Below are positions 26,946-41,915 of a DNA stretch of 64,000 nt, piece after piece. A program made the translations under genes and the position numbers. Under the pieces are notes generated by a model. The model searched no databases, was not told the DNA's origin, and saw nothing but the letters and a program-made list of their open reading frames with translations. The DNA is taken from the NCBI GenBank assembly GCA_012295275.1, contig CM022667.1, positions 18,166,001 through 18,230,000 of the forward strand, read 5' to 3'. Source of the DNA: Chrysomallon squamiferum (Eukaryota; Animalia; Mollusca). The stretch's first letter is position 1, and every line of letters begins with the position of its first letter.

Positions 26946-27731
26946 TAATGATTAATTCCATCTATTTTGTAAAATATTCTAAGAAAAAAAGATGTAAATT
27001 AGTCCATTTATTTCATTACTATTTCTTTTCCATATGAGGAAAATATAATAATCAGTTTATATAATCTCTGAAATATATTTTATTATCTTTATAATAATTT
27101 TTTATTGTAAACATCTTTTTAGCTGCTGTTTTGTTTTAATTTGATTAATTGATTGATTAAATAAAAATGTGAATTTTTTTTCTTCTTCTTAAAAGTTCAT
27201 TGCTTTCCATATGATCAGACATAAAAGTTTTTTCTTTAGTTTAATAGTTTCCACTTCTTCAGATCAGTGGTAAACAATTTTCAATATTAAAAACTTATTT
27301 TTCCCATGATAATTTGGTTACTATAAGAGGATTCTATGGTGCCTGTAGAAGGAAGAGGTCATTACAAATTGTATTTAGTGAATTGTCAGATGAAAAATTC
27401 TCAGATGACATGCAGATGTGATTTAGCTCACACTCTGGGGAAATTGCCTTTAATAGAAGCAGGTTAGGCCCAAAACATCTCAGGGTTTGTTAAAAACTGG
27501 ACTCATTTCACAAACACCTGACCCAGATTGCTGGGTGCATTGTGCCTCTAAACCAATTGTAAACAAATGTTTAATTTGGGGTGTGTGTTTGACAACATTA
27601 AGTTTATTGGAAATATAAATTAAGAACAAGCATAAATATGGAAGTGTAATCAACAGAAACAAAGTGAGTTTAATTTTAATTTATAGTAATAAAACCAGCT
27701 TGATTTTTCTTCTTTTGATTATTATTATTAT

Positions 27732-27733
<2 letters not shown>

Positions 27734-27771
<38 letters not shown>
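27734..27771. repeat. Poly(T) tract, 38 nt
   Basis: Uninterrupted T run preceded by (ATT)n. Confidence 0.95.
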
Positions 27772-27773
<2 letters not shown>

Positions 27774-29137
27774 TCAGCTAAAAAGAGAAAAAATATTTGA
27801 AAGTAAATAAATACACCAACATTTGCAAAGAACATTTAAAACAAAAACATATCTTAATATTCAAAATTTAATATTTATCACTAAAGAAAAAAGAAAAGAT
27901 TTTTTAAAATTATTATTTAAAATTATACTTAAAAATATTGTGAACATTTAGCATAATGTATGAAGTTAAGAAGAGCACAGAGACAATGAGATAGGAAACC
28001 TGCTTCCAAACAACATTTAATCCAAGTGATCCATAACAAAATATTACATTTGAAACGGGTGTAAAACTCATGTAATTTTTGTTAATAACTTATTTAGATC
28101 TGTTTAGGAAATACCTGCATGAATAAAAGGTGTTTTAATGTTTTGTTTTCAATATTTTTATGTTAATATTTGTTTAAATAAAGCAAAATATCAACAGTGC
28201 AATATTTGCTAGATTAGCAAGAACTTTTATTTATAGTCACACAGTTTTAACTCATTGATTATAATTACACAATTAATTTATATATGTTAAAGGAAATACA
28301 TATTATCAGGAAATAAGTATAATTGGTTAGAAGATAACAGTGAAACTGAATGGACTTTTGGACTCAAATTTGTTCAGTTTCAGAACTCCAGCTTTCACAC
28401 CAAAATTAAGTGTTCCCCATTTGTGGCACTGTTGTTGCCTGCACTGTCCTATTAACATCTTGACTCCCCCATGAACTTATCCATCAATTGCAATCAGGGG
28501 AATAGTTACATGCACCCATTGTAATGCCAGTTTCCTTTATACATATATTCTGATATTTTCAGGAATTATACATATTTCTGTAACACGTGCACAAAACAGA
28601 TTATGAGATTATTACACCAGAAAATGGACAGTTCTTTTTCAATTTTTAGCAGTGTGTCTTCTGTACACACCTTTCCTTAGATAGAATAAAAATAGGATGT
28701 GATTCTATCATGAATCTCTGAATGTTTAGTCAGAATATTTTTTAAAAGAGCTGAAGTTTCTTTTTCACTGAAAGAGCAATGACTACTTGTATTTTGTTAT
28801 ATTATTTTTAGTCATAACAAATTTCACATGAAAACCATATGTTTTTTGTTACACTGTTGTATCTGCAAGTCAGCTTGCTGGCATTTCCCAGCCAAAACAA
28901 AACTATAATAGCACATTTTATTTATATTATGTGGTTTATGTTGAAACAGACCTGTAACACCATATAATTTTGATCACATAATTCTGATTATAGTGCATGT
29001 GCACACAATCCAATATGAACATGTGTGTATGTGTGTGCATTTGGATGTACGTTAGTGTTATTTGTGTATCTGCATGTATATATATATCTTCATTTGGTAT
29101 GTTGCTCATATGTATATATTATATTACACATAATAAT

Positions 29138-29228
29138 TATAACATCCACTGATGGTTAATAACTAAATAATGTCATACTACTTGTAGCTTCTGACAGACA
29201 ATTAATTATTTGGTACACAGTAATACAA
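29138..29228 (+). repeat. Old dispersed repeat fragment, similar to 32606-32700
   Basis: Shared blocks in the same order: tataacat.cactgat, taactaaataat.tcat, cttctgaca, attaattatttggtaca.agtaat.caa. Confidence 0.7.
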
Positions 29229-31109
29229 AAAAAAGTTAAACATTTAATCTTATGTTTGTTCAATAAACATCAGCTACCATCCCGCTCAGCAGGTCTGCAA
29301 TCACTGACTACACTCTATCATGCATACAACCTTTTTAATCTAATAATTTCTAATCTGCAGAATGAACTCAGCGTAATTTATTATCTTCAAGTGTCATTTA
29401 AGATGCACTTGGCTCTTGATTTAAGAACGTTTTTTACCTTTCTCTCATCTGTTTTACAATAAACCAATGCAAATAAAAAATTAAAAAAGTAATAGGATGT
29501 TTGATTATTATTTTAGGTTTTACTGATATTTTCTCTTACATAAACAAAGATTTTATGATAGAAAATAAAACAAAACAACAACACCTGAAACACCTTTTAT
29601 TTATGTAGTCTAAACAGACCTAAACAAGTTATTAATAAAAGTAACTAAGTTGCACCAGTGATTTTTATACCTCTGTTCCCCTTTTTGTAATGTTAAGATA
29701 TTATTTTAAAATAATACAGCTTTAACTGATTATTACTAAGTTAGGTAATTTTACCAATATTTTTTTTTTTATCGCCTTTGGTATGCACAACAAATATTTC
29801 TTTTTAATATACAGTTGCCAATATTTTGTATATGAATACAATCAGATAATTTTGTAATTTTTATTAATGTTGTTTATTTATTTTTAATTTTTTAAAGACC
29901 AATATATTAACAATATCAGAAGGAACACTACACTTGACAATATATTTCAGGAAGCATAACTTTGTGTGTGTATTATACACACACACATTCTGAGCTAAAC
30001 TACCAGTATAATCATATATTTCACATAAATATTTCTTCATGGTTAAAACTATTAACACTTATTTTTATTTTATTTTATTTATTTTTTTGAGATTATATTT
30101 CAGAAAAATGGAAAATTCATTATCTTTTTAAAAACATTATTTTAAAAATGTCTGAACTCATAATTTATACAAGTAATACTGACACATGGTGGAAAAATGA
30201 CATTATTTTTATTTCTCTATGGTAATATCTTTCTGTTTACAAACAGAAATTTGTGGCTTAGTGCTGGAGGCTGGAAACAATTGGTAAACACATTACAGAG
30301 AGATATCCTGTAGAAAATGCTAGGGGGTCACTACTAGGAGGATAAGGGTCAGTGCAAACATTTGTATTGAGTTATGAATTGCAAATGTTCAACATACAGA
30401 ACAAACATCTTGAGATAAGTCACTAGGTCAACTCAGTCTGGATGTCCAGATTGGGAGAATTGATATAAGAACTATTTTGAAGGACAGATTGGGAAAATTA
30501 ACATAAAGATCCATCTAGTTTTAAGTATGTTTTAATTATTAACAATGAGCTCATTTGTTTTCCTCTAAACATAATTTTTCATCAGACACAATAGTAGTTA
30601 ATGTTTAAAATAGCTAGTGGCTGAATTTGTTACTAAATTGTTACTAATGTAGTACAGATATTGTTATGTAAATGAAACTGATTCACTATTAAAACAGGTC
30701 ATATAATGAAAATTCTTTAAATAGTAAATTGTTATTAAGTGTTGTTGTAATTACAGAAGCTGAAGCTATTAAGAAATGCTTGAAACACATTACATGTCCT
30801 GATCAATTTTGAGTGTTGTATCTCCTATCCTAACCATCCTCCATTATAACAACCAAAAAATTGTTGTTTTTAGATTTTCCTCTTTATTAACCTGTCTGCT
30901 GAATGATAAAGAGGTTACAGCAGGTGTCCTCTTGGAATTCAGTATGGAAAGGAAAAGATATAAATTAGATCTGATAGTTAATAATGTTCAGTTTTAATCT
31001 CTTAATTTCTAGTCTGGTTAAGAAGCTTTACTTTGAACATTAATTAAAGGCTTACACAAGGACATTAATCTATAATATATATTTCCTTCATAGAAGACTG
31101 ATTCAGAAG

Positions 31110-31645
31110 TTTATATCTGCAGGTTCTTGATGTATGTTATAGGTCCTTTCTTTACAGGTGGGTCTTTGATGTGCAGTATAGGTTCTTAGAGAACAACTGT
31201 AGACATTTGATACACAATATAGACCTTTTTATACAACTATGGTATACAACATAGGTCTGTAGCATACAACTGTAGAATATAGGTCCTTAGTGTACAACTA
31301 TAAATCTTTGGTTTTACAGTTATAGGTGCTAAGTGTACAACTGTAGATCTTTAGTGTATAATCATTAGTGTATAGCACTAGGTCTTTGGCGTACAATTAA
31401 AGGTTTTTAGTGTATAACTGTAGATCTTTTGTTTATAATTATATGTCCTTACTCTGTCTTTGATGGTGTTCAATTACAGGTCCTTGGCAGAATTTTGGTG
31501 CATTTTTATAGCTCCTTTGTGTACAACTGTAGATCTTTAGGGAACAATTACTTAAAGGTCCTTTGTGTATAACTGTAGATATTTGGTATACAATTAAACG
31601 TCCTTAGTGTACAACTGTAGGTCTTGTGTGTACAATTATAAGTCC
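31110..31645. repeat. Degenerate minisatellite of about 21-bp subunits forming an about 42-bp dimer
   Basis: Alternating tacaactgtagatctttgg and tacaattataggtccttagtg. Confidence 0.85.
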
Positions 31646-32605
31646 TGCGAGTTAGCTCAAAGAAGCTCTTTGTAGTTTGAATACAGTATAAATTGAACAA
31701 ATGTGAGAAATGTTTAACATCTGTGTTCTCTCTTGTGTGGTCTACTTATCTCACTGCTACACCTGATGACATTTATATACATAATATGTTCACAGCCTAC
31801 AATTAATTGGGTCTTTAGAGTGCAGCAAGACTAGTACATTTTAACAATCTGTTTTACATCATTACTTTAATGTTTATCTCAAGTAAACTGATGAAGACAT
31901 TAATTAGGTTGTTAGAGGGAAGTGACTGAAATTAAGGTTTCAACATATGTCTGCTTTCCTTCTTCTTGTTTCTAGTAATGGGTTTTTGTTGTTGTTTTTT
32001 AACTTTTATTTATTTTTTCACAAGCTTTTAGAGAAAAAATTACATATTAGATGTCTTCTTTTAACAACTTTGAAGTCCTGAAATCAGAATGAATGCTCAT
32101 ACTAATGTAATGTACAGATGACGAAAAACTAAAAACATCACATAATTTCTGATGTTTGGACTGATTCATTTAATAATATATTTTTTAATCCAAACTACAC
32201 ACCTCAGATGTTTTTTCCTTTGAAGTGTCAGCAATGCAAGTCATTAAATTCACTTTATACACAAATAATTATGTAATGTAAGAAACGTCTTGTAATTCTT
32301 TTTTAAAACTAATTTTAATCTAATTTGCCTACATTAGAGAATTTCTTTAATGTACAAACAACTTAAAAGTCAATTACATTTAAGTATATCTAAATAGTTA
32401 TGTAATGTATTGATTTAAAAAAAGGTCTTACAACTTTCAAAGCTTGGGAAGATTAATTACAAAATGTTAAGATATTTATCTTGATGTGACAACAAAGATT
32501 TATTGTTCATGATTCTAAATTGATTTATTTTCTACATAAAACAACAAAATATTATTTAAAGAACGAAATGGTTCAGCTAAAACCTACAATAAAACCTTTA
32601 CAGCA

Positions 32606-32700
32606 TATAACATGCACTGATAACTAAATAATATCATGTTATAACATACTTAGCTCTTCTGACACAGAGGTGATTAATTATTTGGTACATAGTAATGCAA
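32606..32700 (+). repeat. Old dispersed repeat fragment, similar to 29138-29228
   Basis: Same collinear blocks as the 29138 copy, with several indels. Confidence 0.7.
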
Positions 32701-35700
32701 TTAAAAACAAACTGATTTTCACTGTTCCTAAAACATGGTTTTATTATTTAATTATCATTCAAAATTAATATTTTTTTTTTTTATCTGAAAATTAACACAC
32801 TTTTGTATTTATGTTATATTGATGGGATTTACCTTTAACTTGTATAAATGGTTAATGGAAACACATCAAGTTTTGCTGAAACTCACACACAAGAGTTCTT
32901 ATAATGATGATAATAAAACAGTTTTGATATACAACATTAGAGATTGGCAAGGTCAAGTACTGACTGTGAGGACTGAAGACAACATTTGGTTATGGCGGTT
33001 AGTAAACACAAAGTATGAGGGAGAAATAATAACAGAAAAATATTACACTCTCATAAAAAGTCATAAACTTGTTTTGAAAAAAATGTCAAAACAAAAAGAC
33101 ATTCACTGAAATATATTAAAATGCATCAAAAATGAAAAGACATCTCTCATAAAAAATCATTATCATGTGTTAAATCAATATGGTTCATCGTACAGAAAGG
33201 GTATCTATTATAAAAACTCACAAAATGCATTAAAAAGTATGTGACACAAATCAACAGATTGTCATAGCTTGTCAAACCAAAATAATGCTTTAACAAGATA
33301 ACAAAACCCATAGATAAATGACTTAATAAATAAGCAGATAAAATGTTTGCTGACACAGTGTGAGAATGAAAATTTGCTCAGTCATTTGTATAACACATTA
33401 CTTAAAAGATAGGTTACAAACTTAAGTCATCACAACAGACAGATATCTTCTATCATAAAATAAATAAATAAATAAATACTAGGTAAATAAATAAAATAAA
33501 ATAACCAATAACTATAATCCTTGCAACACTTTAAATAATTTAAAAAAAAAATACAGTTGGTTATATTTATTAACATTTTAAAGTATAGTATTATTAATTA
33601 CATATGTACATTTGAAGGTAGAAATGATACAACTTCTAATAATAATATTGATCTATGAATCTAGAAGACAGAAACCAGGATAGAATGAATGCTACCCATC
33701 GATATGTCCTATATTAGATTATTACTAAAAGATTTGCTGTAAAAATATAAAACTAAGACATCAGAAAGCTAAATCATTCATTGCCTGATGTTGTGTCACA
33801 TGTGATATTATTGGCCGATTACATGGTTACTTTTCAAATGAATAATTTCATTGGCTCATGAAGATTAAGGTGCATGTAAGTTTCATTCACACCCTGTTGA
33901 ATATAAAACCTCTACATATTCTGCTGTCAAATGTCTAGATCAAGCAGGGCAAATTATAATAAGGTCTTAAAAAATATTTGATAGATTACTGAAGAATACA
34001 GGGTATCCAGAAAGAAAAATACATTCATGGCTATGTAAATGAACTACATGATCTGAAAATTAATGCCATGCATTAAGGTATTAAGCTAGAAACCAGATAT
34101 TTTGTAATCTTCTACAGGTTCATATTTAGGTTATTGTGTAATGCATATTATATTACATATTCTTGCCGTAAAGAAGCCAACAACAACACAAATGGACAGT
34201 TTTATTTATTTATATTGTCAACATTAGAAGAAATCACATGCAGATTTCAAACATTAACATAAAATGATAACAAACTATTATCTCAATAAAATCTACATAA
34301 CAACAATAAAGCTCTACATTCCAGTGTAATATTACTTATAGTTAAAGTATGTGAACATTACTTTGATGTTATTTACTGACAGAAATGTATATCAGATTAC
34401 ATTAATCTGTAGCCCTACAATAAAATGAAATTACAACAGAGTACATGTTTGCTTCAAAATTTTATAAAACGTTATATATAAAACACACACATATTTAGTT
34501 CCTCTTTCAAAGCATATCTTAATGATTTCGGTTCAACTCGTGATATGTAATTTCATTAAATTAAAATTTGTACATGTATTTATTTTAGCAGAAATAAATA
34601 CAGGAATGTGAAAAAAAATAAAATATAAAATACTGAACAAATAAAACAAAATTATGTTATTATTGTTTCAGAAATGAAAAGAAGAAATAATTTGAAATTG
34701 TTAAGTATATTTACAGAATTATTTATCCAGCTTTTGTCTTCATTTATTAATCTGGCAAGTGATAAATTCTAAATCCTAGTAGTAATGACTAAGGTCAAGT
34801 GCCTTTCCCATCCTTACTTAAACACAGTTTAATTAGCCAAACATTGTGATGCCTTCAGTGTAAGTTACTGTCACTTACATATCTTTCAGGGGTTATAGTA
34901 AAACCGTTAATAAAAATATTGTGAATTTATATCTAACTTCCTAAAGAATACTGTCCTAACATGCTTTGCTGATAAGTGTTTTTATAATACTAATTTCTTA
35001 GTAATCTATATTTATATTTAATAACAAATTTCCTCATTATATATTATCCTGAGATTATTATTTAAGTTTGCTGTATATTTACAATGTTGACTGGATTACA
35101 GTTTACTTATGAACCTTTAACAGTTATATGTCTGAGAAGTCACAATGAGTTTCTCACTTGAAGATGATCTGCTCTCAGCATACACTATATAAACACTGTC
35201 AGTCTATCTCTAAACGACTCCTCAGTTTTCATAACAATGTTTTTGCCATTAACTTCATGGCTTTGTTACTAATTATTGCAAAGGCAAATATTGTCAGTCC
35301 ACTGACTAAATTATCACCAACCTGTCATAACATACTAATGATATCTTTCTAACAATCACCCAAGTTGCTTCAACAATATACTGAAGTAAATGTCGTCATC
35401 AACTTTCTAAAATCATTTTTAAAAAAAACCTTTGACTAGTAAACAGTATATATATTTCTGTACAGTGTAAGTAAATACTCCAGTGTACCTTGCTGCACTA
35501 CATAAACATTTATATAAATTTTTTCTAATTCATTTCCATTACAAACAGGTTACACTATTTCCAGTCATTCTGCCAGTGGGAATCATTTTTCTTTTTTAAC
35601 ATTTTTTATTATAGTAAAATTAATTACTTGAGTGGAGCTTCCGAAAGTGAAATTAAAGATTAGGTTTTTTAAATAATGTATACATTGAATTATGTGATAG

Positions 35701-36069
35701 TGTAATAATATATAAAAACAAATCTGCCAGAAGAGTTTAAATAATTTCAGACAGAAAAGTGTATAATTACTAACCCTTATCAAAATATACTAACCCTTTT
35801 TTAAATAAATATATATGTGTAAAGTGTTGGGTACAAATCGTACCTTATCAGATTACATAACAAATGTTTCTGTTTTTCCTTATTGTATTTTTTTTTCTAC
35901 AGTTCATTTCCCTAACTGTTGTTAATAATTTTTTAATTTTTGTTTAATTTCTGTTCTCTCAGTGGATAAAAGAAACAAAACAGCACATACCAAAATATTA
36001 CCATTACTAATTTCTCAATGGATATATTATTTACATAAAGGATGTTATATAGTTCATAATCCTCACCAC

Positions 36070-36420
36070 TGCTGCTGCTATTACTACTACTTCTACTATT
36101 CCTCCTCTTACTACTATCACTGTTACTTCTATTATTACTACTTCTTTAATATTTCTCCACTTACTAGTATGACTTCTACTTCTACTATTCCTACACTTAA
36201 TACTATCACTATTACTTCTACTATTCCTCCACTTACTATTATCACTATTACTTCTATTTCTACTATTCCTCCACTTACTACTAACTTTTATGCCTATTTA
36301 CTACTATGACTATTACTTATACTAGTACTTTTACTATTCCTCCACTTACTACTATCACCATTACTTCTACTACTACTTTTAGTATTCCTCCACTATTATC
36401 ATTATTACTTTTACTACTAC
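36070..36420. repeat. (ACT)n-derived low-complexity tract / minisatellite
   Basis: Recurrent tactattcctccacttactactatcactattacttc; source of the T/S/I/P-rich tail of ORF 35962..36309. Confidence 0.85.
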
Positions 36421-38987
36421 ATCTAAATATTTTTTTAATGTGCCAAATAATTATAAATGTGTAAAGTGAGCATAAACATCATACTATTTAACTTTAGATT
36501 TTTTACAAGTTTCTGTTAGTAAGTGGGCAAATATAATAATAATTATGGTCAAACACTGTTGCTAACATTGCCTGTGACAGAAAACAGTTGGATTAAAAAC
36601 ATACTGGATGAATTTACTGATTCAGTACTCATAACAAATCTATCAATTTCCTGTTCCAACACCATACTGAGCTAAATATGTTATGACATCATATTGTGCT
36701 GCTTCTGCTAATATACCTCAACAAACTACTGTGTATTTTAAATTACTGATGTAAACACAGAACTGCTTAGTGAACTAGCCACTATGTTTTCTTTATATGA
36801 CTTATAGTTTACTATCAGAGCTGGTATTATAAGCCTGTTAACTTAATCTGCATTAAAACAGGAAGAAATCCATGTTTTGTTCACTTTGTGTGTATAATGT
36901 AACACTGCTTTTTACAGGATTAAGCCGGCAGTATCCAAGCAGGTGAAAGTAAATGTTGTGTATCAAAGGACACCGTTCAGGTTTACACTGGCTTTCTTTT
37001 CCACTGTCTGAACACAAATATAGTTACATGTGTTTACTTCCTATACAATAAACTAGGAATACTACAGTGTGTCCAGCAATGTATCAGCTTATTTTTAATA
37101 AGAATTATAAAAAAAAACTACACTTCACCTTACTGGAATATTCATTATTAATTGGCAGAATAGAATAAACCATTGTTTTTCATGTAATATTTTGAATACA
37201 GATCATCAGGTTAAATAAAAATTTTGTGTTAGAAATAATGATATTCTAAAAAGTAAACCAATTGTTCATCTTTCAAGACTTTATAATTAACAGTATTAAA
37301 CCACTGTCTTTCCATACATAGAAGAAACCAGTGGAATCTTTTTTTATATGAAAAAACTTCATATTCGGACAAACCTTATCCCTGTTAATAAATCTAACAC
37401 CTAAAGTTTAACTGAGAAACAAAATTAGAAGATATTTTTCAAATATAACACAAAAAAAGAGAAGATACAGCAAGACATTTCTTATTTATTGACAGATCTT
37501 ATTAATATGTCTATAGAAAACAGTTTTTAAAATATAATTTGTTTATATATTCTCAGTAATTCACCTGGTGCCATGCTTAGAGAAACATTTTTTTTTTTTT
37601 GTCTGGTAACTGTCAAATGATGGCACTGGGCTTTGTCTTTCATTATGATTTTTAATTTAATGTTACCATATATCTCAAGTTTTTCTGCTAAATTATAAAT
37701 AAAACATTTCTTCCTTTATTGGGACAAGCCTAATCCTGACAACACAAGTAAAAGTTTGGATCTTATGACTTGTGTCAATAATATGCAATAAAAACACTGA
37801 GTTCATAGTTCTTGTATAAACACCACTCAATGGCAAGTGTCGATGATTTACTATACAGTCTGATTGCTCTTTATATATTTCATAATCTTAGATAAATACT
37901 GATCTTATGCCAGACTGAGGTAAATTCAAACAGCTGTGTGATTCAGAATTAATGTTTTCTGTCAGTTTGTGGCTATCAACAGGTCAGTTTAAAGAAAACA
38001 AAATGAAATAATGACTTTTGTGATAAGCAAACACTTTTTAATTGTAGCAGTCTTTATAATACTTTTTATTCTTTACTTTGATGTATTTACTATGCAGTTC
38101 ACTGTAATCAAATTAACTGGTAACTGATTTTATTTTTGCTCACTAATTTGTGATAATGGTAAGTTTAATAAAGAATTAGATGCATTGAATGTTTTGCTTC
38201 CTAAATCTCAGATTTATAATCTTACCTTGTTTTTCCATTTGGCTTTCCTTAAAGTTTTATTCTTAGGAATAAAGTAATCACAAATAAAGAATATAATGGT
38301 GTTTCGTTTGTTTTGAAGGCCCAAGGAAAGTGTTTTATGTACAGTTTTCATTCAGTCTGATGACATAGGCAGTTATAATCATTTTAAACAGTGTGGCTCA
38401 AACTTTATCTTCCCAGTTCTTTGTAATTCAGAGCTGAAATGTGTTATTGCTAAATGTTATTACATTATCAATAGTATCATTATCATTATTAGTAGCAGTT
38501 AATTAGTAGAAGTGGTAGTGTTAGAAGTAGTGACAGTGATATTTACTAGTAATACTAGCAGAAAAACAATATTGCCAATATTTAATTTTGTCAAGATTAA
38601 TAATTGTGTAAATATATCCAGTTGGATATTATCAGAATATTTTGATATGTGATGCCTTGCTTTGAACACTGACTTTTTTGTGGAGTAAGATATCAGACCA
38701 CCCACTCACACAGTGTGTACAACTGACATCACATTTGAATCGTGAATGAACATACATGTCAACCATAAATAAAATATCATCAACTGAAATTTTCTTTTTA
38801 ATAATTGCTTTTATATCAGCATTTAGAAAAGTGTTTTCCTTTAATACAGTAGCTATGAACTATTTATACATGGCATTATCTCTCAACCAACATACACAAA
38901 AATTCTTCTTTTGAAAATATTTGTCAAAAGAAAAAAAGCAGAGAGATACTAGTAAACAGTGTAGATGGTAAAACAAAGCAGCCAAGA

Positions 38988-39420
38988 GTAAACAAACAAA
39001 TTTGAGAAAATTACAGAAAACAATCTTGAGAAAATTACAGTAAACAATCTTGAGAAAATTACTGTAAACAATCTTGAGAAAATTACAGAAAACAATCTTG
39101 AGAAAATTACAGTAAACAATCTTGAGACAATTACAGTAAACAATCTTGAGAAAATTACAGTAACAATTTTGAGAAAATTACAGTAAATAATCTTGAGACA
39201 ATTACAGTAAACAAAATTGACACCAAAACAGAGTAAACCTGTCAGAGTAAACAACCTCAAGACCAGTCAGAGTAAGCAAACTCAAGACCATTCAAGTAAC
39301 TACCTTGAGATCAATCTGAGTAAACAATTAAAAGATCAAAGTAAACAACTTTTAGATCAATCTCTTTAGACAATTAAAAGATCAGAGTAAACAGTCTTGA
39401 GACTAGTCTGAATAGTACTG
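38988..39420. repeat. 24-bp minisatellite (about 9 good copies to about 39215, then a decayed tail)
   Basis: Unit ttgagaaaattacagtaaacaatc gives the 8-residue VIFSRLFT periodicity in ORF 38949..39260. The tail keeps agagtaaacaa motifs. Confidence 0.92.
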
Positions 39421-40119
39421 AGTAACTACTCTTCAACAGATAATACACAGAGGTGAAAAATAACTTTTAAAAAAAGGTTAAAAAAAGAAAGAGAAGTGGT
39501 AGAAATGAGAAATATGAAATAAGCCTACTAAAACACAGATATGTAGCCTGGCCACGTTGCGGCTCATCTCACTGGTTGATGAGACAAGTGATCTGACATA
39601 ATCTAATCTTACAGAATGAGGAGTTATAAAACATTAGTCATTTATTTATCTTGTTAGAAAAGAAACACAAGTTCAGGCAATGTATAGAATTAAAACTCAC
39701 AACAAAAAAAGATCTATTTCTCTTCAAGAAGAACTGTTAACTAAGAACAGAAAGATTAGTAGTACTCTGTGTATTATCAGAACACAAAAATTAAACTTGT
39801 TTAGTAAATTATTTTTACAACACTGTCTGGTATTTTAAAAGAAACATTTAAAGAAATTTATTCGTTTATTTTTTTCAAGAAAATCAAATGTTAAAGAAAT
39901 AATAAAAATGTTAAAGGCACACTCAGAAATCACACACACTATTTTTCTTTCTCCAGACACAGTAAAAGTGATTTAATCCCTTTTAATTCATACATGTTGC
40001 TGTGATCTACATCAACAGTTAAAACACCTCACAAACTGTATATACAACAAACATTGCAAAGTCAATAGTAAACTGAACAAAGAAACGTACATGAAAAAAA
40101 CCAACTATAAATGTCAAAA

Positions 40120-41915
40120 ACTGTAATAAGAGACATAAGTATGCAATAATGATATGAAATAATGAATGACACAGGTATGTAATAATGACACATAGATATG
40201 TAATAATGACAGACATATTTAATAATGACAGAAACAGGTATTTAATAATGACAGACACAGGTATGTAATAATGAGTGACACAAACATGTAATATTGAGTG
40301 ACAGAGGTATATAATAATGACAGACTCAGGTATGTAATATGACAGACACAATGTGTGTAATAATGACAGACAGGTATGTAATAATGACAGACACAATGTG
40401 TGTAATAATGACAGACAGGTATGTAATAATGACAGACACAGTGTGTGTAATAATGACAGACTCAGGTATTTAATAATGACAGACACGATGTGTGTAAAAA
40501 TGACAGACTCAAGTATGTAATAATGACAGACACAAGTATTTAATAATGACAGACACATGTATGTAATAATGACAGACTCAGGTATTTAATAATGACAGAC
40601 ACATGTATGTAATAATGACAGACACAAGTATTTAATAATGACAGACACATGTATGTAATAATGACAGACAAATGTATTTAATAATGACAGACACATGTAT
40701 GTAATAATGACAGACTCAGGTATTTAATAATGACAGACACGATGTATGTAATAATGACAGACTCATGTATGTAATAATGACAGACACAGACATGTAATAA
40801 TGACAGACACAGACATGTAATAATGACAGACTCAGGTATTTAATAATGACAGACACATGTATGTAATAATGACAGACACAAGTATTTAATAATGACAGAC
40901 ACATGTATGTAATAATGACAGACAAATGTATGTAATAATGACAGACACATGTATGTACTAATGAGTGACACAAGTATGTATTAATGACAGACACAGACAT
41001 GTAATAATGAGTGAACATGTATGTAATAATGACAGACACATGTATGTAATAATGACAGACACATGTATGTAATAATTAGTGACACAGGCATGTAATAATG
41101 AGTGAACATGTATGTAATAATGAGTGAACATGTATGTAATAATGACAGACACAGGCATGTAATAATGAGTGACACAGGCATGTAATAATGAGTGGCACAG
41201 GCATGTAATAATGACAGACACAGGCATGTAATAATGAGTGACACAGGCATGTAATAATGACAGACACAGGTATGTAATAATGAGTGACACAGGCATGTAA
41301 TAATGGGTGACACAGGCATGTAATAATGACAGACACAGGCATATAATAATGAGTGACACAGGCATGTAATAATGAGTGACACAGGCATGTAATAATGAGT
41401 GGCACAGGCATGTAATAATGACAAACACAGGCATGTAATAATGAGAGACACAGGCATGTAATAATGACAAACACAGGTATGTAATAATGAGTGACACAAG
41501 TATGTAATAATGAGTGGCACAGGCATGCTATAATGTGTGACACAAGTATGTAATAATGACAGACACAGGCATGTAATAATGAGTGACACAAGTATGTAAT
41601 AATGAGTGACACAGGCATGCTATAATGAGCGACACGTATGTAATAATGACAAACACACGTATGTAATAATGAGAGACTCTTGTATGTAATAATGACAAAC
41701 ACAGGTATGTAATAATGAGTGACACAGGTATGTAATAATGAGTGACACGAGTATGTAATAATAATGACACAGGCATGCTATAATGAGTGGCACTTGTATG
41801 TAATAATGACAAACACAGGTATGTAATAATGAGTAACACAGGTATGTAATAATGAGAGACATACACAATCAGTAATGAGTGACACAGGTATATAATAATG
41901 ACACAGATAAGTATG
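40120..41915. repeat. 23-bp minisatellite, about 1.8 kb (roughly 75 copies)
   Basis: Unit taataatgacagacacaggtatg / taataatgagtgacacaggcatg (aataatg at 41161 and 41184 give a period of 23). It generates the overlapping minus-strand ORFs at 40019-42087. Confidence 0.97.

Noticed and set aside
27734-27771. 38-nt poly(T) as the poly(A) tail of a minus-strand retroposed insert
   Set aside because: No recognisable element body or target-site duplication. It could cause oligo-dT internal priming artefacts.
37063-37220. TACAGTGTGTCCA..., resembling a mariner-type terminus
   Set aside because: I identified no matching inverted end or coding remnant.
38221-38270. Strong minus-strand donor AAG|GTAAGA preceded by ATG GAA AAA CAA G
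   Set aside because: It is phase 1, incompatible with the phase-0 64-nt exon, and encodes no signal peptide. It cannot be supported without cDNA.
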